NCBI GenBank assembly: GCA_000182565.2
Contig: KQ257456.1
Strand: one strand, 5' to 3'
DNA from: Spizellomyces punctatus DAOM BR117
Lineage: Eukaryota
Length of the DNA stretch: 64,000 nucleotides
A program made the position numbers and the translations under genes. The notes under the pieces were generated by a model. It was not told the DNA's origin. It searched no databases and was given only the letters and a program-made list of their open reading frames with translations. Below, piece after piece: positions 13,045-25,816 of this stretch. The stretch's first letter is position 1. Each line of letters opens with the position of its first letter.

Positions 13045-13830
13045 TATGACAAAAGATGGCGGAAATCTAGAGATTGAAAACCTCCAGGGCGTGATAAAGG
13101 CCGCAACCACTTGTACTTGGAATGCAATAAATACATTTTATCCGGATCTTCAACCATAATTCTCACGCGGTACACAACGCTGGCCTCGGCCCAGGTCATT
13201 CGGAATGGCTGGAATGGCAGGTTTCCAATGGACTTGAATTCCTCCCTACTTTGAGTTATGACTGTGCCACATTTCTGAGTCATGGAGGACGGTATTCATG
13301 GACTAATAGGACATTAGAGTTAGTAGCCCACATTCTCGGGTCTTTTCTGCCTCCCCCCAAACAGCCCACGCAACCTCCACGGACATCTGGTCATCGACGT
13401 TACGACATTTTGATTTCTCGACGGCGCACTGCGAACGAAGGCGCAAGGATTGGACAGCGACATTTGCAACGAATCCCTTGGCGATATCCTGAACTGTGAC
13501 ACGGGAAGCTAAAGCCCTGTTTGAAACCTTTGACCGAGTTTTCTTGGCAGAAGAGCACGCGAATCGTGCGCTGACAGCAGAGTTAGATGGGCATTGTGCA
13601 AAATCTGTAAAGACCGCACGCTTGAAGCTGTTTTATCAAATATTTGGGACCGAGTTTCTATGGTCTTTGGTAAGCGCTTGTTCTGCTGTCATAAAGGGAT
13701 GCTTTGCTGATCCATTGCCCAACAGTCTTTCAAAGTAGCCATAAAGTGGATAAACCTATCTTGATCATATTGTGATATTGCATCGGAGCTTAATTTTATA
13801 TCCTTTATATACTTCTACCCGAGAACTACG

Positions 13831-15351
13831 ATGAATCCACCAAATCTTGGTGGTCGCCGGATGCATCCCAAGTTTAAGCTGGCGAAACCAATGACGTTAT
13901 CGCAATTGGGAACGTTCTCAAGTCCCTTTGCGAATTTTGCTAAATATGTGTAAGTTCCTGTGCCATCATCAGCAAAAGCAATGTTCTCATGTAATAAAAA
14001 ATAGGGATCCGAGTGGGCGTCTCAACTTTCACGGGAAAGCAATATTGCACGCATCAGGAGTTGATTTCACGAATGGGAATTCGTACAAGATCAATATGAA
14101 TGAGTTGATGCTGTTGGAAGAGCTGGGGAAGGGACAGTACGGAGTTGTACAAAAAGTACATCACGTACCGACGAATGTCACCATGGGTATGTTACATGAG
14201 AGTGGAATGTCAGCATGTCTTGTATCTCCGACATTTGCACTGTTCATAGACACTTACCAACGTTTCCCTACGTAGCAATGAAAGAGATCCGTCTGGAGCT
14301 CGATCAAACGAAACTCAATCAGATTCTTATGGAGCTCGACGTTCTCCACAAATCCACGAGCCCATTCATTGTCGAATTCTACGGAGCGTTCTTTATCGAT
14401 TGCGTATACTATTGTATGGAATACATGGACGCCGGGTCATTAGATAAGCTGTACGGTGATGGGGTGCCAGAATCTGTACTAGCAAAGATGGCATTGGCGG
14501 TATGTGCAGAGTGTTTCAAACATTTGACATTGATGAATTTTTCTAACCACGCCTTTGCGTACTTGCAGATGGTGAAGGGATTGAAATTCTTAAAGGATGA
14601 GCTATCCATCATTCACCGAGACGTCAAGCCAACGAATGTATTGGTCAATACAAAGGGGGATGTAAAATTGTGCGATTTTGGGGTGAGCGGGCAACTAGAG
14701 CAGTCACTGGCCAAGACGAATATAGGATGTCAGAGTTACATGGCGGTGGGTATCCAGTTTATTAAAGGGTCGTGCGACGTGGCGATTGATGATTGTTGCT
14801 GTATAGCCTGAGCGAATCACAACGGCAGAAGCGAGCACCTACACGGTGCAATCCGATATCTGGTCCCTTGGTCTCTCATTGGTTGAGCTAGCGCTGGGAA
14901 GGTATCCATATGGTGGTGGAAAGTTTGACTCTGTGTTTGCACAATTGTCTGCGATTGTCAGTGGAGAACCTCCCGAGCTCCCTGCGGATAAATTTTCGCA
15001 AGACTGCCGGGATTTTGTTGCAAAATGGTACGATTTCAAATTGTTGTCTTTTTTTTGCAGACTAGTGTTGATTTGTGACGGTTGTCTTCCAGCTTGAACA
15101 AGGTGCCGACCGAGCGGCCAACATATGGTCAATTGCTGGTACAGTTGATGCTTATCTATTGGTATTGATTGACAAAATTTTAACTGACTGCAAAACATGT
15201 TTAGGACACGCCATGGCTACAAAAGTACGAGACAGAAAAAGTGGATATGGCGGGGTGGGTACAGGATGCGCTGGATGCCAAGAACCAAAGAATACTGTTG
15301 CAGCAGCAGATGGAGCAGGCGCAGTTGGCGGAACAGCATCCGATGGCCTGA
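13831..15351 (+). CDS. PBS2: MAP kinase kinase of the HOG pathway (Pbs2/Wis1)
   Basis: LNFHGKAILHASGVDF, ELGKGQYGVV, MKEIRLELD, IIHRDVKPTNVL, DFGVSGQLEQSLAKTNIGCQSYMAPERI. Confidence 0.93.
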
Positions 15352-16006
15352 ACCGGAAGCGGAAACAGAGACGTCCTTTTGCTGGATGTGATGGTGTCTG
15401 CTGGATGGGGCATATCCTATTCTTTTGTTTCTTCACTTTTGTGTGTTTTTGTCGGCATATTTGCCGATTTTGTATCTAGTGTCAAAGGGAGATATTTGAC
15501 GTCTGTAAAAGGGAAGAGTAGGGCGAGGGATGGCGACGAGAAGAGACATGAATACTATTGGGTTGTAATAGACAGAATGCAGTGATAATGGGTCATCTAT
15601 TACATAATCTTTTTGATAGTGTTTAAAACGCGACTGGAGAGCTGTTTTGTTACACCGTGTTTCACGTGTCTCACGTGGCAGACTGGACTGGAGTCGGGTA
15701 ATCCAACAGCAGTTGTGGTTTTTTAAATGGATCCGAACCAATTGCCATTTTGAAGGATTTTGCATGAAAAATGGGCTTTACATTTTTGAGCGGCTCTCTT
15801 TGTTTTTTTGTGACTTGTTGGCGATCAGATGCATCGATGGAAAGAGACTAAATTTTACAATGTCTGCATGTTTGTTGTCTGCAAATGTCCTTTGAATGTT
15901 TGTTGATGTAAGTCTTGTTGGATATCATATTATGAGTTGCGATAACACATTGCAAAACACTTTTCCAACACCAAACATTGCTTGCACTTTATGTTTTGAA
16001 CCTTGC

Positions 16007-16015
16007 GTGTGTGTG

Positions 16016-16063
<48 letters not shown>

Positions 16064-16069
16064 TGTGTG
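16007..16069. repeat. (GT)n microsatellite, about 31 units with two interruptions
   Basis: Directly visible. Confidence 0.97.
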
Positions 16070-16539
16070 AGAATGCATTCCCTGTGATAGTGTGTTGCCG
16101 TTTGCGATGCTGCAAAGTGTGAAATTGTCATGTAACTCTAAAAGGATACATGACATGCCAATTATGGGTAAATGACTCCAACATGCATAAAAATTGCGAG
16201 TAAAAAAGAACAAAAAGAGAAACAACTTGTTCTTTTACTTGCTTCCTTCCCAGTGAGAAACGCCAGACGGCCCTTTTGCAAAAGACAGAAACGGCCTGTG
16301 GGAAAAAAAAGGGCGGGGATACAGCGAGTTGTGGAGAAAAACAAACGACGTGGGAAAAAAATGGTTGGGGACAAAGCCGCCAAGGACGGTCTTTTGGATA
16401 GCCCTTGTGATGGTATAAAATGGAAATGGAAAACGGTTGGGGGAACTCTGCATTGTTGAAAAATCCATCACAGTAAAATAGTTTAGCGCTGCTGGGTCAG
16501 CCAAACGAGATCGACGAGAACGACAACGACACGACAAGA

Positions 16540-17487
16540 ATGAAGAGTATTTTGATTGTTTTGGCAGCGGCCTCGACACTGGTGTCGTCCGTCTCTGCTC
16601 ACGGTTTCGTGGCGGGTATCGGCAAGCTCACTTCAAAGGACCGCGGTCAAGTCCGAAACTATGACTTGATTGACAAGCAGATTGACTCTCTGAGGAGCCC
16701 TACGCAAGGCGGGCTTTGCCGTGGTGCTCCTCGTGGGAAAGCTGTCCCTCTTTCTCTAAAGAATGGCCAACCTCTTACGCTTACTCAGGCATTCAGTCTG
16801 GGAGCTCAGCACGTTGGTCCTTGCACGGTTGAAATCTTTGATGCAAAGAATCCCAACGACAAGGTCACCATCACTCAAGCCAACGGCGACAATGGATGTG
16901 CTCGTCCTGGCCTTTCCCAATTTGACACGGACAAGGGCGCGCCTGCAACAAAACAATGCCCTGGTGCCATTCCTGCCGGCTTGGTGACAAACGACATGTG
17001 TCTTCACTACTGGACCTTTAACGTGCAAAACGCTGACAAGATTAAATGCAAGGACTGCGTCCTCCGATGGTCGTGGGAAGGAACACACATTTCAAAGACA
17101 AACCCAGAAAAGTATGAAAACTGTATCGATGTGTCCTTGACAAATGGTGGCGTCGCCGTTCCCGAGGGCGGTGGTATCGGCCGTCTGCCCGTGGGAGATC
17201 CTGTCGCGGATCCTGTTGCCACTGAGGCACCTGCTCCTGTTGTCACTGAGGCACCTGCTCCTGTTGCCACTGAGGCACCTGCACCTGCTCCGGCACCTGC
17301 GCCCGCACCTGCACCTGCACCGGCTCCTCGTCCCGTTGCTGGCTGCGATGGAAACAAGTTGATGGCCTGCAATGGCGACGGCTTTCTGATCTGCTACCCC
17401 GAGGACCCCAACCGTGAGAGTGCGGAATTCGATTGCGCTCCAGGCACAACGTGCAAACAAATAGGACAATTCATTCAGTGTGCTTAG
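16540..17487 (+). CDS. Secreted His-brace (LPMO-like) protein with Pro/Ala linker and CBM19-like C-terminal module; intronless
   Basis: Signal peptide ending VSA|H, second His in AQHVGPC, H..ExY in THISKTNPEKYENC, PVATEAPA/PA linker, Cys-rich tail C..C.GDGFLIC..CAPGTTC..C. Confidence 0.75.
   Translation: MKSILIVLAAASTLVSSVSAHGFVAGIGKLTSKDRGQVRNYDLIDKQIDSLRSPTQGGLCRGAPRGKAVPLSLKNGQPLTLTQAFSLGAQHVGPCTVEIFDAKNPNDKVTITQANGDNGCARPGLSQFDTDKGAPATKQCPGAIPAGLVTNDMCLHYWTFNVQNADKIKCKDCVLRWSWEGTHISKTNPEKYENCIDVSLTNGGVAVPEGGGIGRLPVGDPVADPVATEAPAPVVTEAPAPVATEAPAPAPAPAPAPAPAPAPRPVAGCDGNKLMACNGDGFLICYPEDPNRESAEFDCAPGTTCKQIGQFIQCA
17212..17328 (+). repeat. Coding tandem repeat: 24-bp unit x3 (PV[A/V]TEAPA) followed by a (PA)n run
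   Basis: CCTGTTGYCACTGAGGCACCTGCW repeated three times, then CCN-GCN repeats. Confidence 0.9.
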
Positions 17488-17783
17488 AAGAGAACTGTGG
17501 CCCCCCTTTTTTCGTTTGCAGTGTCAGCTTGTATGTATGTAGTTTATTACACCCTAGAAAGATCCTGTCTGTGACTTATCAAGAAAAAAAAAGTGCAATA
17601 AAAAGAAAGAAAAACAACAAGATCCTGTAAACACCCCGATTCTACCGTCATATCTTTATCATTATACATTCAGAGAGTCGGAATGCCATAAAACGCTTGC
17701 TTCAACAATAAAATACAAAAAGAATATACATGGCAAAACATTTCCGGAATATCTAGGTAAAAAAAAAGGTACAATTCCCACTA

Positions 17784-19415
17784 TCATCGCCCCTTATTCG
17801 AGGCCTTCCCTTTGGTCTTCTTTTTGACCAACCTCGTGGCAGCAGTCTCCTCATCATCTTTATCATCTCCTCCTTCCAGCGCCCCCATCCGCTTCCGTTT
17901 CCCTGCTTTGGCATTGGCATGTTCCTCTTTGAGCTGCATATGCGCAAACCGGACCGCCTCTCCGACACGTTCCTGTAGCATGAGCACAGCAGACTTGTCT
18001 TTGCCCAGAGGATACTCGTCGAGTTTCTTGTCAATGGCATGTTCGATGCGCTGATACCATTCGATATCGTACCTAACCATCCATCACATCAGTAATGATA
18101 CCACCACCGTTTCACTAGACACAATACTTACTGCGTGACCAACGTAATCGACTTTCCGCTCCTCCCAGCCCGAGCAGTTCGTCCCACCCGATGAATATAG
18201 TCCTTGCTACTCTGCGGTACATCATAGTTGATGACAACATCCACACCCGGAATATCCAACCCCCGACTCGCCACATCCGTCGCAATCAAAATGTTTCTTC
18301 CACCGCTTTTAAACTTGTTCAAGGCGCCTAATCGTTTGGGTTGGGATAATTGGCCGTGTAAGGAGACGGCTTGGAACCCGAGATTTCGGAGCATGAGAGC
18401 AAGTTTTTGGGCGTTTGCGCATGTGAGTGTAAAGACGATACAGGTTTGACCGGCGAGTTCGTTGAGGAGGTAGGTGAGGTAGGTTTCTTTGTGTTTGAAT
18501 GGAAAAAAGAGATAGTATTGAAGGAGGGTCGATACGGTCGAGTACCTTTTGACAAAAAAAACAAACGAAACGTTAGGACACAGTCTTGTTGACAACTCAC
18601 GTCGTCAATGCATTCAACATACTTTGTTGCAACCTCAACTTTTACGGGTTTCACAAGTGATGCCCGCTGAAGTTTTTCAACCTTACTCGTCATCGTAGCA
18701 GAAAACAGGAACGTATTCCGCTCCCGCGGTATAATCTTCAACACTTTTTCAATCTCTGCTCCAAAATCCAAATCCAGCAACCGATCTGCCTCATCCATAA
18801 CCAAATACTTTAATTGCTTCAAATTAAATCCTTTCGTGTTTTCCAAGTGATCTACCAATCGCCCGGGTGTGCAAATAACCACATGTGGCTTTTTGGATAA
18901 TGCAATGGATTGCGCCATCATATCCATTCCACCAACAATAACGGCACATCGAACACCAATAGTCGAACCGAGGGCTTCAAACTGCTCCGAGATTTGAAAT
19001 GCGAGTTCTCGGGTTGGTGCCATGACGCAGGCGTAGAGGGGTTGCGGGTTTTGAAATAGGCGTTGAAGAATAGGGAGTGCAAAGGCTGCTGTTTTACCTG
19101 ACCCCGTTTGGGCAAGGCCAATAATGTCTCTACCTACAAAAGACTCGTCCCGTCAAAAACACAAGTACTCTGTCACAAAAATAACAGGAAGAAACTGTAC
19201 CTTCAAGCGCATCAGGAATAGCTGCCTGTTGAATCTCTGTAGGTTTCGTGAACCCAATTTTTTCACAGGCTTCACATAATTGTGGTATGAGACCCTGTCA
19301 TTTTCAAAATGGTCAAATCAGTCAGTCCCATCACGAGACGAGACGTTCAGTTAAGAACAATGAGGAACCCTACCAAGCTCTCGAACGTCACAGGCTCCGA
19401 GTCTTCCGCAGTCAT
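17784..19415 (-). CDS. RRP3: DEAD-box rRNA helicase Rrp3/DDX47
   Basis: [56 protein letters not shown], basic tail. Confidence 0.96.
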
Positions 19416-19540
19416 GGCTCTTGCAAACTACGAGCAACGCTGATAATCGTCAAAACTAACAAAAAACCCAGAAAGCGAAAAAGGTCGGAGTTGTCCCAGT
19501 TCGTCAAAAACAATAAACACGTGAACTTTTCAGATACCAA

Positions 19541-19548
19541 ATCACGTG
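19541..19548. promoter_or_regulatory. ATCACGTG E-box in the RRP3 / ATP15 divergent promoter (second CACGTG at 19518)
   Basis: Recurrent motif; function is inferred. Confidence 0.45.
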
Positions 19549-19690
19549 TTACGACGTTACCATGTCAACACACACAGAGAGGAAACGCCGGAATCCGCCA
19601 CGGTTCGTGAGTAGCTCAACAAGGCATTCCAGTCACCGTCCTCATCCCGATTGTTCAAAAGCACCCAAACACGCCCCACCTTTTACAACC

Positions 19691-20045
19691 ATGACGTTCT
19701 ACTGGAGAGAAGCCGGCTTGACGTGCGTTTATTTTCAGATGATTATGAAATGATTGGAGCAGGGTGTTGACAATCGGGTTTTTTTTGTAGGTACTTGCAA
19801 TACGCCAACATCACTGCCAAAGCCCTCCGCAACGTCCTCAAGGAACAAGCCAAGGTTGTCGCTCTCCGTCGTGAGGAGCAGTACGTCAAAGTGCAGCTCT
19901 GGAGCCAAGGAAAGCAGGGAGACACTGTACGTGGTTATATTGGTTTACATGGTATATTTGGGAGATGTGTGTGTGTGTGTGTGCTTATGCTCTTATTCTT
20001 TTGTAGAGGGTGATTGACCCCTCTGGAAACAAACTTGGCCACTAA
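19691..20045 (+). CDS. ATP15: Mitochondrial ATP synthase epsilon subunit, 3 exons
   Basis: Spliced MTFYWREAGLTYLQYANITAKALRNVLKEQAK...VQLWSQGKQG. Confidence 0.9.
19966..19983. repeat. (TG)9 microsatellite in ATP15 intron 2
   Basis: Directly visible. Confidence 0.9.
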
Positions 20046-20544
20046 ACTGCTCGCGAATCGATCCATTGATCCGATCTTCATAGATTTAATTTTGTTAAAA
20101 GATTGGAGAGAGAAACTGAGGATGGTCGAGTCGACTGTACCATCGCTGTGGAGTATATAGTGGGAATAAAAATGATATCCTGCATGGAACCTCATTCTTG
20201 AAAATGTGCTTTGCGCGGGTTGGGCCACGGTTGGGCCGCGGCAGACGAGGTGTGACTTGACAAGTAGCAAAAGCATTGAGGGAATGAGTCGGCTGGACAT
20301 CATTTTCGTGCTATTTACTTTGATTAACCAGTTGACGAAATCACCAATGTTATCTCAAGTTCGGGAATCTTGATCATATCTATAATGCCATCAAGACAGC
20401 CAATGGAACAATAGTCAATCGACAGGTTGTCGAATGCCGCGACATTACTAACTATATATCTCAGGAACTCGTACTATATCTGTGTCTTCGTCTATCACTA
20501 GTTTCTCAAGCCTGATCACAATTAGTATGCCTAGTCGAAGAGCT

Positions 20545-22068
20545 TCATGCGCCGCGGTAATAGCTGATGGAGCTCAATGATGAATACCGAGCGTTTATCC
20601 GACATTGCAAAACACTGGCTACACTTACTTTTGGGGCACAAACGGCATTTTTGTAATCTTTGCTTTCTGCATCCTGTTGCGCACCTTTACTTGAAGTTCG
20701 GTACCCTGCTTATGGAATCCGTTCTTTACATAACCCATAGCAATGTTCTTTTTAAGAACAGGGGATGGGCAGCCGCTGGTAATTTTACCTGAAAAACGGA
20801 GCAAGCGGTGTCAGAGATGGAGCAAAACTGAAAAACTACATGCAACCCTTCATACCAATGGACTCTCCCTCGGCATTGAAGATTTCCGCGCCTTCTCGCG
20901 CTGGAGCCCCTTCAACTACAAGACCAACTCGTCGTCTTGGGACAGCCTTGCCGATTTGGGGGATGATCTTGTCAGCCCCAAGAAAACCGCCCTCCTCACG
21001 TCGTCGCTTGCCTAACTCATACATGTTACCCATGCTGTATCTAATTTGGCAGGCAAGTGAAAGAAAACACTTACCGATCGTCCAGGTCAAGCCACCCTCC
21101 ACGGGAGTCACGGTGTCATCTAGGTCATGGCCGTACAGACAAAGACCTGCCTCCAACCGTAAACTATCACGCGCCCCAAGACCAGCGAGCTCCACATCTG
21201 GGTGATCCAAGAGCATCTCTGAAAAGCGTACGACCTCCTCATGCGGCACTGAGATCTTCACACCTTGTCAGTGAGTGCAGTCAAGTACATGTGCATTGTT
21301 TCAGACCTACCTCAAATCCATCTTCACCAGTGTACCCACACCTGGATATATACACAGGAATGCCCTTAATATCCATCCACCGACCACTCATAAAGCCAAA
21401 CGACGCAAGATCCTGCCCACTCAACGCCGAAATAACCTGAGCAGCAGAAGGTCCTTGCAAAGCCACCAACGAGACGTCCTCCAACACCTTAACGTCCACA
21501 TCTCCTCCACGGTCCTGAAACTTTTTCAAGTGTGCACGAATGTGGGCAAGATCCTTTTCAGCACATCCTGCATTGGACACCACATAAAACCCCTTGTCAT
21601 CTTGCTTGTTAACAACAGTATCATCAATAATCCCTCCATTCTCATTGGTAAAAAGGGAAAGCGTTGATGATCCGACGGGAAGGCCCTCTACATCGGCAAC
21701 CACAAGAGATTCAAGGAACTTTGTCCGGTCCTTTCCGGTCCACCTATTGTTTTCGCATTGTGTCAAGATTTGAGACCACATATTTTGAGCACTGTGATGA
21801 AAACTCACCGTGTTTGCAACATGTGGGAGACATCGAAAAGGGATGCCTTTTGACGGGTCCACATGTGCGAGGCTAGTACACCAAGGGAAGAGTACTGAAC
21901 GGGCATGGCCCACCCAGCAAACTCAACCATCTTGCCTCCATTCTTCACATGGAAGTCATGTAAAGCGGTTTGCTTGAGCGGCTGGGAAGACGTTGAAGAT
22001 GCAAATGCGCGTCGGAGCATGCATCTTGCCGATGGTGCAGTGCGTGCAAGATTGTTTAAGACGAGCAT
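20545..22068 (-). CDS. GCV1: Glycine cleavage system T protein (aminomethyltransferase)
   Basis: [59 protein letters not shown]. Confidence 0.96.
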
Positions 22069-22634
22069 GGTTGCGCCGTTCTGATCTACAGCCAGCAGTG
22101 AGAATCCCATATTTATGGGGTTGCTAAGCCCTCGGATAGATTGGATGTGGTAAGCAGAAGAGCCGCTCGTAGCTTTTCATCCCTCATTGCCTTCTGGAAC
22201 CGTGGCGTGATTGAAAGTATATACAAGTAACTGCAAGATGCATCCAAAGTATCCAACAGCGCCTTATCGATATGTTGCTTCATGGGTTATACTTTGACCC
22301 AACTCATCCTGGTGCAACCTATTGTTGGCGACAAGGCGCATGTCAATGTGTAATGTTTCTGATTGTAAGAAACCGTAAATAAAATTAAAATGGAGGTCCC
22401 TTCAATATAAGATCGGAGATACCCTGTGGTCAATGGTTTTCTGGTCCATGGATGGGGCAAGCAAGCATGTGTCAATCCCGCCACCGTGGACGGTATTTAG
22501 GGTTCGCCCGAAACTATCACGGTTTTTTTTGTTTCTTACATTTCACGACATGTCACATCTCTCGCGAGAATATTTCCTTCAGACCTCATTGCATTTATAT
22601 GTGATCAAGGCCGAGTCTGGAGATTGTATGGAAG

Positions 22635-23981
22635 ATGACCAGCACAAATGCAACGGCCGCTTGCTTCACGGATCCTGTTGTTCTAAATTATATCGAAGCG
22701 ACAGCTCAGTATGCTGCCGAGTCCTATAGCACCGCTGCAATCATTACTGGCGCTGCCCTGCCTGTCGTAGCAGGAAATATTTGTTTATCTATTTGGCGGA
22801 TCGTATGGAAGAAGCGCAATCCTCGCGCATATGTCCTTTTGCTCGGTTCGTTGGGGATTGCGGTCGGTGCAGTGATGCTGGTCAAGCCCGTGACGCATTA
22901 TCGTGGTCGTACTCGTCTATCTGTGATCCTCGGGTTAATTGGCTCGATCGTTAGTCAGGTAGGATTTACTAGCAATTTGGCAACTTTCCAATGTCATTTT
23001 AGCTAAAGCAAGGGCTTTTCATTAGGTGGCATTAAATGTGGCGGGTGTCCTAAGGTAGCTTTTACACGCATACTTCATCACTATCAACGCAAATCGCTTC
23101 ATCTTGGTTTTATCGTAGATTCTCTGTCCCTCTGTCTAATCGACCTGTGCGGATTGCGTATATTGTCATCACAGCCATGTTCACCGTATCATTTTGCGCT
23201 GCAAATCTTGTGATCGGATTGTCGGAAATTGATACATGGCAATTCCCGTAAGTAGTTTGTGACGAAGAATGTGGCAAGGGATTTATGCATTCGATCATTC
23301 ATCTTCTTTTCTACGAAACAGATCAGCTATTTCACAGGCATTTTCCGTAAAGTTGGGAATCTTGTCCTTAATTCTTCCAATATTCTATGGAATTTCAGGT
23401 CTTGTCTGTTTTAGTTTTCAGGTGAGCGCCTGCCAAGTTCTTATTTTATTGATTTGCTGCTAAAATTCCTTCCGATTTCAGCTACGACGTTTTCTGCGAT
23501 CAGTTCGCCATTGGTCCATGGGTGACGATAAGATCTACTCGGTCGAAGTTGCCAATCACATCATAATGGGTTTCTTGCTCACAATGATTATTATATACCT
23601 TTCATGTTTTCACCTGTTCGACAGTACGTATGCAGTGGCAAACTTTTGTATTGGGAAATTACTGATGAAATGATTTGATACTCGTCACGGCAGATGATGC
23701 CAGGTTTGACTCACCCATGTCTTTGCTATTCAGCTCCGCGCTTCTTGGCTGTGAGAATATCTTTGAGACATTTACAGACTTCATTCATGAAGTACAGGTG
23801 ACAAACATCAGCAGTGGGATGAGGTAGGTAGCGTCCCTGTTATCCATTAAGGCATCTATATTAACAAATTCTGCTCTTCAGGTCCCCTGCATTGCAGGAC
23901 GAGCTACCAAGTCCCTTGAGAGGGTTCAGTCTCGCTGTACCGACGCAACGGTCAGACGCCGGCAGCTCCGGAGCCGATTGA
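22635..23981 (+). CDS. Orphan seven-transmembrane protein (GPCR-like topology), about 7 exons
   Basis: Manual splicing through canonical GT-AG introns gives an open frame with an N-terminal N-glycosylation sequon (NAT) and seven hydrophobic helices, ending ...GSSGAD*. Confidence 0.65.
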
Positions 23982-24739
23982 CGTTTACGGCTTTTTGCGG
24001 GTTAACCTTGTATATTTACCAATACCTTCGTTAGAAATACCCTCATTATTATGTTGGTTGTGTGTGTCAGAGTAGTCGACTAGAGATATCGTAATTGTAG
24101 CATTTGGATAAGATTCCAAAGGATAAGCGATTATGTAATCAACGCTCGTGACTGCGCATGTGGGTTGGTCTGCTAAGCCGACTGGCCGCCCCGATATGAC
24201 GGACCCACGTCACTTCCGGGACACTGCCGTGCTGTTCTCCCCGCCAGTTTTTGCAGAGATTGCCACGCTTTTATCTTGCAGTTTTCATTGCACTCGCGGA
24301 TCTGCAGCAACGCTTGCAAGACTATCTGCTCACCTATTCGCTCGTCCGTTAACGCTTCCCAAAGACTGACACCTTTCGACTATTGCTCCGATTGTTTTTC
24401 TGCGCACTGCTTTGCTGTACGCAATAGCTGTACTGTATCCGTGTCGCCGATCGTTACCTACAGCAATCGGCGTTTAGACTATTGGGTTTTCTGATAGTCT
24501 TCGACAAATCTTTCCTCTTCATTTGGTGCGCCGTACTATGGCCTTTGGTTTCCTGGAACTACAAGGCAGAAGAACAATATTTGCTTACTGGAATATCTAC
24601 TCTCCGAGACCGTCTCTTCGAATAGCCATAATAGACTGTCGTTGTCATTGTTGAGAAATCATTACCATCAATCGTGCTTTTCAGCAGAGCCATATCGCAC
24701 AATTTTACGCAACTGTCTACCACCGACGAAACGCCTAAA

Positions 24740-25816
24740 ATGAAGTACCTGACAGATAACGAGTCCTTAGAGAACATCAATAACCAATTATCGTGTATAG
24801 ACACGGGCGATTGCCGGATTTTTGGACGCATTGAAGCATATTCCTGTATGTAGTCGCTGTTCAAGTAAAGAGGTGACGCGGGTTCTGAGTTTAGTGCTAC
24901 AGGCAAAAATACCGATGATGACCGACGCCTCAAAAAACACGTTGATGAGAAATACCCAGTTCAGGAAGGCGGTGTCGAGATTGGCTCATGGCAGTCACCC
25001 CGCTCAATGAACAACAGCAGTCCCCTCAATGACCGCATATCGCGTCGAACTTTCTTTTACCTTCTTGCAACTCTCAACGCCGCATTTCCGGATTACGATT
25101 TCAGGTACGTTATCTACTTTCTGTAATGCTTCCGAAAGGCACTCTGTTTTTAACTTTCTTTTTTATTCCATTTAGTGATTTGAATCCCGAATCATTCAGC
25201 AAGGTGCCTATCAGCATCGTAGCAAATACCGTCAACACAACACTACTGGTTCATCTGGGAATCGACAGTGTCGCTCATGCTGTTGGTGCCAAAATATGGG
25301 CAGCGATTGATGAGGTTATTGATCTCAATGAGTGCGACATGTACAGCTTCAATCCCGACGGGGACGTGGAACCAGATGCAGAGGAACAGGGAAACTTGTA
25401 AGTCCAAAGGGCGTGCCATATGTCGGGCTTTTCGCGTCTGACTTTTTGCTATAGGTGGAGCTTTTACTATTTTTTCATGAATCGAAAACTGAAACGAATT
25501 GTGTTCTTTACAGCTCGCGCTGTGAGGTTGGTCTAGCAGTTTATTAAGTATTTATGGGTTGGAGGACTTTTATTGATTTTGTTTTATTTTAGCTGTCTCG
25601 CACCTATCCAACCCGAGGAGAAAAACGCGATATACATGCTGGATGACGCTGATCAAAGCATTGAGGATCTCCGGTTCTATAACGATACGGATGAGCGGTA
25701 TGCATTGGATTCCTTTTTCGCTACATGACATTTTTATGTGTTCTTACTCGAGCTTTCTCTTGTGCATCAGGGGACTGTCGTACGAGCAATATACGATGGG
25801 TCAACTCGATTTGTGA
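24740..25816 (+). CDS. MAF1: RNA polymerase III repressor Maf1
   Basis: MKYL..., GRIEAYSCK, SRRTFFYLLATLNAAFPDYDFS, IWAAIDEVIDL.ECDMYSFNPD, LWSFYYFFMNRKLKRIVFF. Confidence 0.95.

Noticed and set aside
13798..13806. ATATCCTTT, a perfect U12-type (AT-AC) donor look-alike upstream of PBS2
   Set aside because: It lies 25 bp before the ATG, I saw no matching branch site or AC acceptor, and the gene splices fully with GT-AG introns.
15896..16225. ORFs with THTH or VCVC runs
   Set aside because: They are translations of the (GT)n microsatellite.
17007..17469. Antisense GAGAGA and RCRC ORFs
   Set aside because: Shadow frames of the Pro/Ala linker of the LPMO-like gene.
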